64,000 nt of DNA from Kofleriaceae bacterium (GCA_965215005.1 CBDCCZ010000017.1:1-64000); one strand, 5' to 3'. Positions 22,585 through 36,681 are shown, counted from the stretch's first letter. The notes: a model not told the origin generated them from the letters alone. A program made the numbers and translations.

Positions 22585-23189
22585 CGCTCGCCGCTCGCCT
22601 CATCGCGCTGTTTCCCGCCGCCTTGCTGACCGCGTCGCTGGGCTGCCTGGTGTGGCTCATCGCCCGGCCAGGAATCTGGCCTCTCATCGCGTTGGCCGGT
22701 CTCCTCTACCTCGTGCCGCTGCTCGCATTTCGCCTGCACCAGCGGCTCTGGCCGATGAAACTCGGGGCCAGTTATCTGGCTAGCCCCAGCTACAACCCGT
22801 GGTGGGGCACGCACCAGCTGCAAGCTATCTATCTCGGCTTCCCCGCTCTCGAAGCGGCGCTGCGGCTCGTCCCCGGCCTCTACAGCGCCTGGCTGCGCCT
22901 TTGGGGCGCCCGCATCGGCCGGCGCGTGCACTGGACACCGCTCCTAGAGCTCACTGATCGCAGTCTGCTCGACATTGGCGATGACGTCATCATCGGCCAT
23001 CGCTGCGGCTTCTATGGGCACATCATCAAGCCCACCAAGAACAACTTGCTCCTCTACTGCAAGCCCATCACGATCGGCAGCGGTGCCTTCATCGGCGCCG
23101 GTTCGTCGATCGCGCCCGGGGTCAAGATCGCGGCCGGAGTAATGATCGAGCTGCGCACGGAGCTGTACCCCAACAAGGAAGTGCCGTGA
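22581..23189 (+). CDS. Membrane-anchored hexapeptide-repeat (LbH) acyltransferase-like protein
   Basis: Two N-terminal TM helices; WGARIG, IGDDVIIG, IGSGAFIG repeats. Confidence 0.8.
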   Translation: MTLAARLIALFPAALLTASLGCLVWLIARPGIWPLIALAGLLYLVPLLAFRLHQRLWPMKLGASYLASPSYNPWWGTHQLQAIYLGFPALEAALRLVPGLYSAWLRLWGARIGRRVHWTPLLELTDRSLLDIGDDVIIGHRCGFYGHIIKPTKNNLLLYCKPITIGSGAFIGAGSSIAPGVKIAAGVMIELRTELYPNKEVP

Positions 23190-24754
23190 CCGCTCGCGGG
23201 CTGCTGCTGCGCGGAGTGGGAGCGGCACTCACGCCAAGCCTCTGGCGCTTGCGCCGCGCTCTCGCCAATCCCGCTGCCGCTCGAGCGCGGCTGATGCATC
23301 AGCTCGGCGAGCGCCTCGTCGCCAGTCGCTATGGGCAAGACCTCGGTCTCACCCACCCGAGCCAGTTTTCGAGCCGCGTGCCGGTGGTCGACTACGACTC
23401 CTTGGAGCCGTGGCTCGAGCGTCAACGACTGCAGGAGACTGCAGAGCTCACGCCCGAGCGGGTGCTGTTTTACGAGAAGACCAGTGGCTCGAGCGGAGCT
23501 GCCAAATACATCCCGTACACCGCTTCGCTGCGGCGTTCGTTCTCGCGAATGTTTGCGGCTTGGGCCGCTGATCTACTCACGAGCGGCCCCAGGCTCGCCA
23601 CCGGCAAGCTGTACATGAGCGTGTCGCCGAGCTTTGCGCAAGACGAGTCAACTCCTCAGGGCAGGGCCGTCGGCATGACCGACGACCGCGACTATCTCGA
23701 TTCCTGGCTGCGCCCCGTGGTCGCGCCATTCCTCATCGGCCATGGCTTAGCCGCCACCGACGCGCGTTCCTTCAAGCGCGCGGTGCTCGAGCTACTCGTC
23801 GCCGAGGCCGAGCTCGAGGTCATCTCGATCTGGAACCCTTCGTTTCTCCTCGTGCTCCTCGATGAGCTCGCCGCCGATCCGCGCGCCATCGCCACGGCCC
23901 TCGGCAGCCGGCTGTCGCCGAGCCGCCGCGATGCGCTGCTCGCCGGCCCTATCGACTGGCCGCGACTGTGGCCCCAGCTCAAGCTGATCTCGTGCTGGGC
24001 GGCGGCCGCCGCGGCACCACTTGCCGCGCGCGTGGCGCGACTGCTTCCGCACGCGATGGTGCAAGGCAAAGGGCTTCTTGCCACCGAGGCGCCGATCACC
24101 GTGCCGCTCATCGGCGCCCCCGGCCCCGCGCCCATGATCAGCGACATTTTGATCGAGCTCGAAGACGATGGTGGCCGTCTCCACGCGCTGCACCACGCGC
24201 AGCAAGGCGCCGAGTACGGCGTGGTTATCTCGCAAAGCGCCGGCTTGTATCGCTACCGCATGGGCGACCGCGTCGTCGTCGGCCCGCGCATCGCAAATAC
24301 TCCGACACTTACCTTCGTCGGCCGCGCCGGCGGCGTGAGCGACTTGGTCGGCGAGAAGCTCTCCGAGCGCTTCGTTGGCGACACGCTCGCGCGTGTGCAT
24401 CCAGCCGCTGGCTTCCAAACACTGGTGCCAATGCGCATTCCGCGCGATCACTACATCTTGCTCGTCGACCACGCGCCGCAGGGTGATCACGACCAGCTCG
24501 CTCGAGCCGTCGACGAAGCGCTGTCGGCCGCGCATCATTATCGGCACGCCCGCGCGCTCGACCAACTCGGCCCGGTTCGCGTTTGCATCGCCAAAGACGC
24601 CGCTAGCTTGGCGACCTTCGACTATGCAGCGTCCGGCCTCAAGCTCGGTGATATCAAACCCCGAGCGCTGCACGGCGGCCCGGTGGCGCCTGCTTTGGCC
24701 TGCCGCCTCGCGCGCGGCGATCGCCCCGAGTCCGCTCACGAGGAGTCTCCATGA
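23186..24754 (+). CDS. GH3-family acyl-adenylate amido synthetase
   Basis: TSGSSGAAKYIPYT, LLATEA, GLYRYRMGD, DLVGEKL. Confidence 0.9.
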   Translation: MTARGLLLRGVGAALTPSLWRLRRALANPAAARARLMHQLGERLVASRYGQDLGLTHPSQFSSRVPVVDYDSLEPWLERQRLQETAELTPERVLFYEKTSGSSGAAKYIPYTASLRRSFSRMFAAWAADLLTSGPRLATGKLYMSVSPSFAQDESTPQGRAVGMTDDRDYLDSWLRPVVAPFLIGHGLAATDARSFKRAVLELLVAEAELEVISIWNPSFLLVLLDELAADPRAIATALGSRLSPSRRDALLAGPIDWPRLWPQLKLISCWAAAAAAPLAARVARLLPHAMVQGKGLLATEAPITVPLIGAPGPAPMISDILIELEDDGGRLHALHHAQQGAEYGVVISQSAGLYRYRMGDRVVVGPRIANTPTLTFVGRAGGVSDLVGEKLSERFVGDTLARVHPAAGFQTLVPMRIPRDHYILLVDHAPQGDHDQLARAVDEALSAAHHYRHARALDQLGPVRVCIAKDAASLATFDYAASGLKLGDIKPRALHGGPVAPALACRLARGDRPESAHEESP

Positions 24755-25656
24755 ACGATGCATCCCGCTGGCGCAGCTCGCGAACCGGCGCCGTCACCCG
24801 CGTCAAAGAAGCGCTGGGAATGGCGCGATTGTTACTCTCGCCTGGCGCGAGTCGAACGACGGCCATCTACGACATTCTATCGGCGCACAACAATCTCGGC
24901 GACAACACGCTGTATCTCAACATGGGCTATTGGCGCGATGCGCGCAGCTACGATGAGGCGTGCGAAGCACTAGCGGTGCTACTCGCCGAACGCGCTCAGC
25001 TGGCCGCTGGCCAGTGCATCGTCGATGCCGGCTTCGGGTTCGCCGATCAAGACATTCTGTGGGCGCAGCGCTATGGCGTCGATATCGTCGGCTTCAACAT
25101 CACCGCTCGGCAAGTCGATATTGCTCGCGAGCGCGTCGCGAACGCGGGGCTCGCCGCGCGGGTCGATTTGCGCTGCGCTTCCGCCCTCGAGACCGATCTT
25201 GCCGCCGCTAGCGTTGACCGGGTGCTGGCGCTGGAGTCGGCGTTTCACTTCCCGTCACGCGAGGCGTTCTTTGCCGAAGCGCGCCGCGTGCTGGTTCCTG
25301 GCGGCATTCTTGCCATTGCCGATATCTGCGCCGCCAAGCAGCGCTCGAGCCGATGGATCGACCGCTTGAACACCTACGTAGCGCGGCAAAGCTGGCAGAT
25401 TCCCCGCGGCAACGACTACGATGCGCACGCGTACGCCGAGCGTCTGACCGCCGCTGGCTTCATCGATGTCTCGATTGAGTCCATTACAGATGAGGTATTT
25501 CTGCCGTTTGGCGCCTACGCTCGCATGCGCCAAGCCGACCCTGACATCGTCGCGCGCGCCAACCCGCTGATGCGCGCGGTCTGGCGCTCGCCCGCGACCG
25601 ACCGAGTGTTCGATTACGTCGTCATCACCGCGCGCAAGCCGGAGGCGCAAGCGTGA
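24751..25656 (+). CDS. Class I SAM-dependent methyltransferase
   Basis: YLNMGYW, VDAGFGFA, LESAFHF, RVLVPGG. Confidence 0.9.
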   Translation: MNDASRWRSSRTGAVTRVKEALGMARLLLSPGASRTTAIYDILSAHNNLGDNTLYLNMGYWRDARSYDEACEALAVLLAERAQLAAGQCIVDAGFGFADQDILWAQRYGVDIVGFNITARQVDIARERVANAGLAARVDLRCASALETDLAAASVDRVLALESAFHFPSREAFFAEARRVLVPGGILAIADICAAKQRSSRWIDRLNTYVARQSWQIPRGNDYDAHAYAERLTAAGFIDVSIESITDEVFLPFGAYARMRQADPDIVARANPLMRAVWRSPATDRVFDYVVITARKPEAQA

Positions 25657-26774
25657 AACGCCCCGCCAAAGATGGTCACACGTTAGGCGAGAACCAGCTC
25701 ACCCAGCCGCGGACGATCCATCGCGCCTTCAACAACCACGAAGTCATCACCGAAGGATGGTACCCAGCGTTGCCGAGCAAGGCGCTCGGTGCACGGAAAA
25801 CCCATTCGGTCAGGATCGGCTATCAACGGCTGGTGGTGTATCGCGGCGAAGATGGCCGTGCCCGCGCGCTCGATGCCTTCTGTCCGCACATGGGCGCCGA
25901 CCTTGCCAATGGCAGTGTCGTTGGCGATCAAATCCAGTGCTACTTTCATCAGTGGCGATTCGATGAGCACGGCATCTGCGTCGCAACCCGCTGCGGCGAG
26001 CCAGCGCCCAAAGGCGCGCGCTTGCAGGCATATCCCACCGAAGAGCGCTACGGGTTCATTTGGGTGTACTCGGCGCCCATTGCAGCGCATCCGCTACCGG
26101 TCTGTCCCGGCCTCGAAGGCAAGGCAGTTGCAGCGCTGCACCTTGGCCGGGTAACTCTCTACGCGCACCACCACGCCATGATGGCCGGCGGCATCGACCT
26201 GCAGCACTTCGGCAGTGTCCATGAGCTCGATGTCGACTTCGAGCTCGACATCAGCGAACGCGGCGCAGGCGTTGCCGACTGGAACCTCTCCGGCACCTTG
26301 CCGCACGGAGGGAGCTGGCGACAACGGCTCGGGCGCGCGTTGGTGGGCGCCACCATCGGCTATTCACTGCGGGTCGCCGGCGGCAGCATCGCCGCGATCA
26401 CCTACGGCCGCGGCCAACGGCTCGGCGGGCGCGGACCGCGGTTGCCGTCGCTGCACATCCTCTGGGGATGCTTGCCGAGCGAGAGTGGCGTGAGTGAGGT
26501 GGATATCTTCGTGCTGGTCGAGGACCGCAAAGGCGTGGCTGGAAAACTGGCTTCGCGCGCGCTGATGGGCCTTACCATCGCGCTGCTCACGCTGCTCAAA
26601 GACGACGACGTCAAAGCGTTTCCCAACATGCGCTTCAATCCCAAGAACCTGATCGGCGCCGACCGCTCGGTTGCGCGCTTCATTCAGTACGCCAACGGGC
26701 TTGGCATCTCGCAGTGGTCGAAACCCTCACCTGAGCTCGTCCAAGTGGGACGCGCCTCTCGCGCCCCCCGATGA
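25653..26774 (+). CDS. Rieske non-heme iron oxygenase (4 of 4)
   Basis: CPH...CYFH; DLQHFGSVH. Confidence 0.9.
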   Translation: MKRPAKDGHTLGENQLTQPRTIHRAFNNHEVITEGWYPALPSKALGARKTHSVRIGYQRLVVYRGEDGRARALDAFCPHMGADLANGSVVGDQIQCYFHQWRFDEHGICVATRCGEPAPKGARLQAYPTEERYGFIWVYSAPIAAHPLPVCPGLEGKAVAALHLGRVTLYAHHHAMMAGGIDLQHFGSVHELDVDFELDISERGAGVADWNLSGTLPHGGSWRQRLGRALVGATIGYSLRVAGGSIAAITYGRGQRLGGRGPRLPSLHILWGCLPSESGVSEVDIFVLVEDRKGVAGKLASRALMGLTIALLTLLKDDDVKAFPNMRFNPKNLIGADRSVARFIQYANGLGISQWSKPSPELVQVGRASRAPR

Positions 26775-27541
26775 GCCTGCGCAAGCCGACCCTCGATGAG
26801 TGGTTCAGCGCCTATCAGCTCGCCAGCCTAGGGCGAGACTCCTTCCATAATCCGGGCCACCTCGAGGTCGACATCACGGCGCTCGTGCGTCGCTATCAAG
26901 ACGCGGGGCAGCGGCTGTCGTATCCGGCGTTGGTGATGAAAGCCTACGCGCTCACGGCTCGGCAGGTGCCCGCGATCAACCGCGCGTATCTGCGAACCCC
27001 GCTCGGCGATCGCATCGTCGAGTTCGATCACATATCAGTCAACATGCCGGTGGCCCTTTACGATGACGGCGCGCCGTACCTCTCGGCTTTGGTGGTCAAG
27101 CACGCCGATCGCATCAGCGTGAACCAGATCGCCGGGCAGATTCGCGCTGCGCAACAGCGTCCCATCGAAACCACCAAGCTCACGCGACTCGTGGCGCGCA
27201 AGCCGAACACGCTGCTTTGGCGCTCGGTGCTGCGCAGCGCGCATTTTGCTGCCTATCGTTGGCCCGCGCTCATGGCCAAAGCGGGCGGCGGCTTGTCGTT
27301 GAGCTCGCTGCTCGAGCATCGGCCCGCCCCGCCGCACTTCCATGCTGCCTCGTTTGGTCCCACCGCCACCACTCTGCTGCTCACCGGCGTGCGCCAAACC
27401 GACTCTGGCCGCTATCGCCTCGAGCTCGGCGTCAGCATCAATCACACCGCAGCCACGGGCCTCACCTGGCGGCGGATGGTCACCACCCTGAGCGACCTCC
27501 TCGAAAGTGAGTCGAGCGACGTCCTGGCGCAGCTCGACTAA
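26771..27541 (+). CDS. Stand-alone 2-oxo-acid dehydrogenase E2/CAT-like acyltransferase domain
   Basis: EVDIT, VMKAYAL...PAIN, VVKHAD..SV.QI, SLSSL, INHTAATG at the HxxxDG position. Confidence 0.6.
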   Translation: MSLRKPTLDEWFSAYQLASLGRDSFHNPGHLEVDITALVRRYQDAGQRLSYPALVMKAYALTARQVPAINRAYLRTPLGDRIVEFDHISVNMPVALYDDGAPYLSALVVKHADRISVNQIAGQIRAAQQRPIETTKLTRLVARKPNTLLWRSVLRSAHFAAYRWPALMAKAGGGLSLSSLLEHRPAPPHFHAASFGPTATTLLLTGVRQTDSGRYRLELGVSINHTAATGLTWRRMVTTLSDLLESESSDVLAQLD

Positions 27542-27549
27542 CGTTGGCG

Positions 27550-27732
27550 TCAATCCGGTTCTACGAGCTCGGTCGGTGACTCGTCGGCGCCCACTCCTTC
27601 GTCATCGTCGGATACGAGCCAAAGGAGCACCACGAGAAGGAGCGCCGCGGCGATCATCGCCAGCGCGATCCACAATGCGGCGCCGGCTTTGCTGGTGCGG
27701 TCGAGCTTTGCTTCGAGGCGTTCTTCCGACAT
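27550..27732 (-). CDS. Small single-pass membrane protein
   Basis: One strong hydrophobic helix and an acidic tail; fills an intergenic gap. Confidence 0.5.
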   Translation of the reverse strand: MSEERLEAKLDRTSKAGAALWIALAMIAAALLLVVLLWLVSDDDEGVGADESPTELVEPD

Positions 27733-27794
27733 GGTCACGTTCTCAGAGTAGCGCGATCACTTCATCTTCTCATCTTCGCGGCAAACCCACGCTG

Positions 27795-29810
27795 TCAGCC
27801 GAGCAGCTCGACGAGCGCGTCGACCTCCGTCACCGGTGCCGAGCAGGTTTGTCCGCGACAAACATACGCGCGAGCGCGGCCATCGAGAGCCGCTTTGCCG
27901 CCAAGGATCGCCTCGCTCGCCCACGGCCCGGCCAGCATCATCGTCGGTGCGTAGGCGCGACGCGCCGCGGTCAAGAGCTCCTGACGACCGGCTCCTTCGG
28001 TCACCACGACCTCCGTCGCGTGCAGATACCAATCCAGTGACCCGAGCAGTCGACCCGCGGCAAACAGCGCCTGCTGCGCCCGGGGAATGCGCTGCGCGAG
28101 ATAGGTCTCGGCCACCTCCAGCGCATGGTCATCGCCGCTCATATGACCGAGCCGCACCAGACACTCCACGATCACCGCGGCTCCCGCGGGTATCGCGCCG
28201 TCGGTGTGCGACTCAGGCCGGTGAATGAGCAGCGCATCGTCCTCTTCGGGTGTCATGTAGAACACCGACACGCCATCCACCTGTTGATGAAAGCGCGATA
28301 ACACTGTCTGCGTGAGCATCGTCGCGCGCTGCCACCAGCTCGCGTCGCCACTGGCTTCCGCCAGATCCATGAACGCTGCGGCGCAGAAGGCATAGTCATC
28401 CAGGGTGCCTTCTAGCTTGGTGACACCGTCTTTGAAGACCCGCCAGAGTCGCTGACCACTCTCATGCAACATTCTCTCGGCCAAAAAACTGGCCACGCGA
28501 GTGGCAAGAGCGAGCGCTGGCTCATGTCCGGTGGCTTCCCAAGCCCGCACCAGGCCCGAAATCAGCAGTCCATTCCAGCCGCTCAGCACTTTGGTGTCGG
28601 TCTCGGGGGGAATCCGCCTGCTGCGCGCTTCCAGGAGCCGTGCACGCATATCGGCGAGCGCCGCCTCATCCGACTCCGAGCCGCGCGGGCTCACGCGCTC
28701 GAGAACATTCTTGCCCTCGAAGTTGCCCGCTTCGGTGACTCCATAGGTCTTGGCGAAGAAGATGGCATCGACCGGCCCGAGCACCGCGCGGAGCTCATCT
28801 GGTGACCATACATAGTACTTGCCCTCTTCGCCTTCTGAGTCGGCATCTTGACTAGCGTAGACGCCGCCAGATTCGTGCACCATTTCGCGCTCGAGCCACA
28901 CGATGGTCTCTCGAATCACGCGCGCAAAGTCAGGATTGCCGGTCATCGCGAAGGCATCGCCATAGATGCCGAGAAGTTGGCCGTTGTCATACAGCATCTT
29001 TTCGAAATGCGGCACGAGCCACTTCTGATCGACTGCGTACCGTGCGAAGCCGCCGCCAACATGGTCATAGATGCCGCCTGCGGCCATCTTCTCGGCTTGC
29101 AACAAGAACGCAGCCTTAGCCGGCTCGCCAAACGAGAGACGTCCCGCCCGGGCCAAAAAGTCGTGATTAGACGAGCTCGGAAACTTGGGCGCACCGCCAA
29201 ACCCGCCATACGTAGAATCGGTCTTCTGCGCCAGCTGCCGGCCCGCAGTGACGAGCAGCCCCGGCTCGAGCGCAGCGGCGGCATCGCCGGCACCCCCGCG
29301 GTAGTGCGCGTCGACCTGGGCCAACCCTTCCATGATCGCTTCGGTGTTTTGCACGACCTTATCGCGCTGTTCACGATAGACCTGCGCCATGGCGGTTAGC
29401 AGTCGCGGAAAGCCGGGACGACCATATTTGTCCGCCGGCGGGAAATACGTGCCCAAGAAATAAGGCTTGCCCTCGGACGTGAGGAAGGCCGACAGCGGCC
29501 AGCCGCCGCCCTCCCCCATCACTTGGATGGCGTTCATGTAAATCGCATCGACGTCGGGCCGCTCCTCGCGATCGACCTTCACGTTGACGAAGTGCTCGTT
29601 CATGAGCGCAGCGATCGCCTCGCTCTCGAAGCTCTCGTGCGCCATCACGTGACACCAATGGCACGCCGCGTAGCCGATCGACAAAAACACCGGCTTGTCC
29701 TCGGACTTGGCACGAGCAAACGCCTCTTCGCCCCAGGGATACCAATCCACCGGGTTGTCCTTGTGCTGAAGGAGATAGGGAGAGCTCTCGGTCGCGAGGC
29801 GGTTGGACAT
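27795..29810 (-). CDS. YyaL/SPATA20-family thioredoxin-domain protein
   Basis: [44 protein letters not shown]. Confidence 0.93.
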   Translation of the reverse strand: MSNRLATESSPYLLQHKDNPVDWYPWGEEAFARAKSEDKPVFLSIGYAACHWCHVMAHESFESEAIAALMNEHFVNVKVDREERPDVDAIYMNAIQVMGEGGGWPLSAFLTSEGKPYFLGTYFPPADKYGRPGFPRLLTAMAQVYREQRDKVVQNTEAIMEGLAQVDAHYRGGAGDAAAALEPGLLVTAGRQLAQKTDSTYGGFGGAPKFPSSSNHDFLARAGRLSFGEPAKAAFLLQAEKMAAGGIYDHVGGGFARYAVDQKWLVPHFEKMLYDNGQLLGIYGDAFAMTGNPDFARVIRETIVWLEREMVHESGGVYASQDADSEGEEGKYYVWSPDELRAVLGPVDAIFFAKTYGVTEAGNFEGKNVLERVSPRGSESDEAALADMRARLLEARSRRIPPETDTKVLSGWNGLLISGLVRAWEATGHEPALALATRVASFLAERMLHESGQRLWRVFKDGVTKLEGTLDDYAFCAAAFMDLAEASGDASWWQRATMLTQTVLSRFHQQVDGVSVFYMTPEEDDALLIHRPESHTDGAIPAGAAVIVECLVRLGHMSGDDHALEVAETYLAQRIPRAQQALFAAGRLLGSLDWYLHATEVVVTEGAGRQELLTAARRAYAPTMMLAGPWASEAILGGKAALDGRARAYVCRGQTCSAPVTEVDALVELLG

Positions 29811-30036
29811 GAAGGTACGCATAGCGGCGCCAGGGGAGCTTGTAAAGCTCTGTCCCCAGCGCCCGCTCAGCAGTCGGTCGGCGCCGAGAAAACCGCGCAT
29901 TTCTCTCGGTCGACACATGGAAACAGCCGCCGAATCACGTCATACTCGCGGCCCCTCGGCGCGTGTGAGCACGCGCGTTGTCGATCTACGACCGCCCTGA
30001 TACCTCGATTTTCCCACTTCCCCGGAGCCCGGCAGC

Positions 30037-33995
<3,959 letters not shown>

Positions 33996-34050
33996 TTGAT
34001 TCTCCTGCGACGCCATGTTACGAGGCCGGCGGTTTCGCGAGTAACTCCAC

Positions 34051-34353
34051 GTGCATGATGACGGATTGAATAGCCCGGCGCTCGGTCGGGTCGCCGCGAC
34101 CAAGCCGCGCGCTCGAGCAGCCTACGAAACCCTCTCCGTAGCCTCGGTGGGGCTCGAGATGGGCCTGGCGGTGGTTATCGGTTGGGCCCTTGGCTGGTAC
34201 CTCGACGAGCAGCTCGGCACCGATCCATATTTGACGATCGTGTTTTTGGTCTGCGGCGTTGCCGCGGGCTTCAAAGGAATGATACGCGTCGCGCGCCAAA
34301 CGAAACGCATCGCGGCGGAATCCAACCCCGCAACTGACACTCCTGGAAGCTGA
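34051..34353 (+). CDS. atpZ: AtpZ/AtpI-family small membrane protein
   Basis: G.ALGWYLD..LGT.P pattern, two TM helices, head of the atp operon. Confidence 0.8.
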   Translation: MHDDGLNSPALGRVAATKPRARAAYETLSVASVGLEMGLAVVIGWALGWYLDEQLGTDPYLTIVFLVCGVAAGFKGMIRVARQTKRIAAESNPATDTPGS

Positions 34354-34369
34354 ACAACCCCCTCGCACT

Positions 34370-34765
34370 ATGGACTTAAGCGCCCTCAGACGGATCGAGC
34401 GCCTCAACTACATCCTCTCGGGTGTGTTGACCCTGGTGGCGCTGTTCTTGGTGTCGACGCGCGACCAGTTCTTTGGCCTCGCGGTGGGCGCGGGGCTCTC
34501 GAGTCTCAACTTCACGATCATGCGCTATCTGGTGCAGCGCTGGATGCAAGCACCCGAAGGACGCAAAGGGCCGCAAGCATTTTTCATGGTGCCCAAGATG
34601 GCGGCGCTGATGGTACTCATCGTGCTCGCGGTCAAGTTTCTACCGATTTCGGCGCCGTATCTGGCAGCCGGTTTTTCGGTTTTTTTGGTCTCCATTGCCA
34701 TCGAAACCGTTCGTCACTTCACCACCCCGCCCGAGACCAACGGGACCGGTGGAGTGGACGAGTAA
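34370..34765 (+). CDS. atpI: ATP synthase protein I
   Basis: Four-TM protein directly upstream of atpB. Confidence 0.75.
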   Translation: MDLSALRRIERLNYILSGVLTLVALFLVSTRDQFFGLAVGAGLSSLNFTIMRYLVQRWMQAPEGRKGPQAFFMVPKMAALMVLIVLAVKFLPISAPYLAAGFSVFLVSIAIETVRHFTTPPETNGTGGVDE

Positions 34766-34777
34766 GCAAGCGACGTC

Positions 34778-35551
34778 ATGGGCGAACACGGAACCTGGTT
34801 CGACTTTCTCTATCGCATCGAGGCACTGCGGCCCCTGCTCGACAACGCCAGGCATTACTTGGCATTCGAGCACACGCCGCTAGGCGAGCACTCGCACTTC
34901 ACCCTCACCCACGTCTTCGTGGCGCTGGTGGTGATGCTGTTCATCATCTTGGGCGCAGCGAGCTTCAAGGCCGCGATGAGCCGAGGTGGCGAAGCCGCCT
35001 TGGTTCCGCCGCGCACCCTAACGCTGCGCAACTTCTTCGAGATCCTCTGCGACGGCATGTACGACCTCACCGTGGGTGTGATGGGCGAAAAGGAAGCCAG
35101 GCGCTTCTTTCCGTTCATCGGCTCGCTGGGGATCTTCATCCTGTTCTGCAACTTGATGGCGCTCATTCCCGGCTTCGCACCGGCAACCGACACCCTCAAG
35201 ACCAACCTAGCGCTGGCCGCTCTCGTCTTCCTCGCCACCCACTTCTATGGAGTGAAGGAACACGGCTTCGGCTATCTCCGCCACTTCATGGGGCCGCTCC
35301 TTTGGCTGGCACCGATGATGATCATCATCGAGCTCATTAGCCATATCGCGCGCCCGATTTCGCTTTCGCTGCGGCTCATGGGCAACATGGCCGCCGACCA
35401 TAAGGTCATTTTCAGCTTTTTTGCCCTGGTGCCGATTCTGGTCCCGGTGCCCTTCTTCTTCCTGGGCATTCTGGTCTGCGTCGTCCAGGCACTCGTGTTC
35501 TGTCTGCTGTCGATGGTGTATCTGTCGATGGCGGTGGCTCACGATCATTAA
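34778..35551 (+). CDS. atpB: F0 ATP synthase subunit a
   Basis: ELISHIARPISLSLRLMGNM, VQALVFCLL. Confidence 0.95.
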   Translation: MGEHGTWFDFLYRIEALRPLLDNARHYLAFEHTPLGEHSHFTLTHVFVALVVMLFIILGAASFKAAMSRGGEAALVPPRTLTLRNFFEILCDGMYDLTVGVMGEKEARRFFPFIGSLGIFILFCNLMALIPGFAPATDTLKTNLALAALVFLATHFYGVKEHGFGYLRHFMGPLLWLAPMMIIIELISHIARPISLSLRLMGNMAADHKVIFSFFALVPILVPVPFFFLGILVCVVQALVFCLLSMVYLSMAVAHDH

Positions 35552-35605
35552 CCCGTCGTCGCCCCGTGCGCGCATCGAACCTCAGGACCTAGGGAGAATT
35601 ACACA

Positions 35606-35947
35606 ATGAAGATCAACATCAAGTCTCTGCTCTCGATGATGACCGGCCTCTTGGTCGTGGGCATCAGCAGCATGGCGTTCGCACAGGACGCCACCACCGT
35701 TGAGCTCGCCAACGCCGAAAATGGCGGCTGGATCGCTCTCGCCGCTGGCCTTGCCATCGGTCTCGCCGCCTTCGGTGGCGCCCTCGCCCAGGGTCGCGCC
35801 GCCGGCAGCGCCCTCGAAGGCATCGCCCGCAATCCAGGCGCCTCGGACAAGCTGTTCACGCCGATGATTCTCGGCTTGGCGCTCATCGAGTCGCTCGTCA
35901 TCTACGCGCTAATCATCGCGATTCTGCTCCAGGGCAAAATCGGCTAA
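35606..35947 (+). CDS. atpE: F0 ATP synthase subunit c with N-terminal extension
   Basis: GIARNP loop, GLALIESLVIY. Confidence 0.95.
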   Translation: MKINIKSLLSMMTGLLVVGISSMAFAQDATTVELANAENGGWIALAAGLAIGLAAFGGALAQGRAAGSALEGIARNPGASDKLFTPMILGLALIESLVIYALIIAILLQGKIG

Positions 35948-35996
35948 TTCGCCGACACCCTGATGCTCGAGTCGCGCTCGACAGCGCGAGTTGTCC

Positions 35997-36032
35997 GTCA
36001 ACGCCCGCCGCACGTGCGGGCGTTGGCATTTT
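35997..36032 (+). terminator. Intrinsic terminator after atpE
   Basis: caacgcccgc / gcgggcgttg stem followed by gcatttt. Confidence 0.6.
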
Positions 36033-36114
36033 CGGCGCGCTCGCGATGATCGCACGCGCGGTGCATCGACCCGCGAGCAGGCTTGCGCCACGCGCGTGCT
36101 ATCGTACGCGCGCC

Positions 36115-36681
36115 ATGGCAGCTCGCGGCGGCGCCCTCCTTCTCATCGGCGCCCTCGTCGCCGGACTCGGCGCCCCGAGCAGCGCCCTGGCGGAAGACTT
36201 ACCGCCCGGTAAGTTCGGCATCGGCGTCGGCTTGCGGCAGGGCGCCGGCCAGCTCGCTGACCAGTTCGGCCTCGGTGGCCTCTGGATGGTCGAAGCCGGC
36301 TACCACCCCACCGACACCGAACGCGCCTGGTCATTTGGCCTGCACTGGTCCCTGCTCTGGGGCTGGTTCGGCCCCGATGACACTGCCAGCCTTGCCGGCT
36401 CGCTCTCGATCCTCGAGCTCAATATGAGCGCAAAGCTTCGCCGTAGCCTTGGCTCCGTCACCGCGCGCTATGCCGCCTTGTCCGTGGGCGGCACGCTCCT
36501 GCGCACCAACGTGCCGATTCCACCAGACGATGATCGCAGCTACATCGGTCCGCACGTCGCCATTGGGGTCGAGCAGTACCTCGCAAGCGAGTACCTCGTT
36601 GGGTTAGAGGGACGCTACGGCCTCATCTTCGGCGGTCCCGCCAGCCTGTCGCTTCTCCTCACCGTTGGCTTCGGGCGCTGA
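36115..36681 (+). CDS. Putative small outer-membrane beta-barrel protein
   Basis: Signal peptide ending ALA; amphipathic beta strands; C-terminal VGFGR. Confidence 0.6.
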   Translation: MAARGGALLLIGALVAGLGAPSSALAEDLPPGKFGIGVGLRQGAGQLADQFGLGGLWMVEAGYHPTDTERAWSFGLHWSLLWGWFGPDDTASLAGSLSILELNMSAKLRRSLGSVTARYAALSVGGTLLRTNVPIPPDDDRSYIGPHVAIGVEQYLASEYLVGLEGRYGLIFGGPASLSLLLTVGFGR

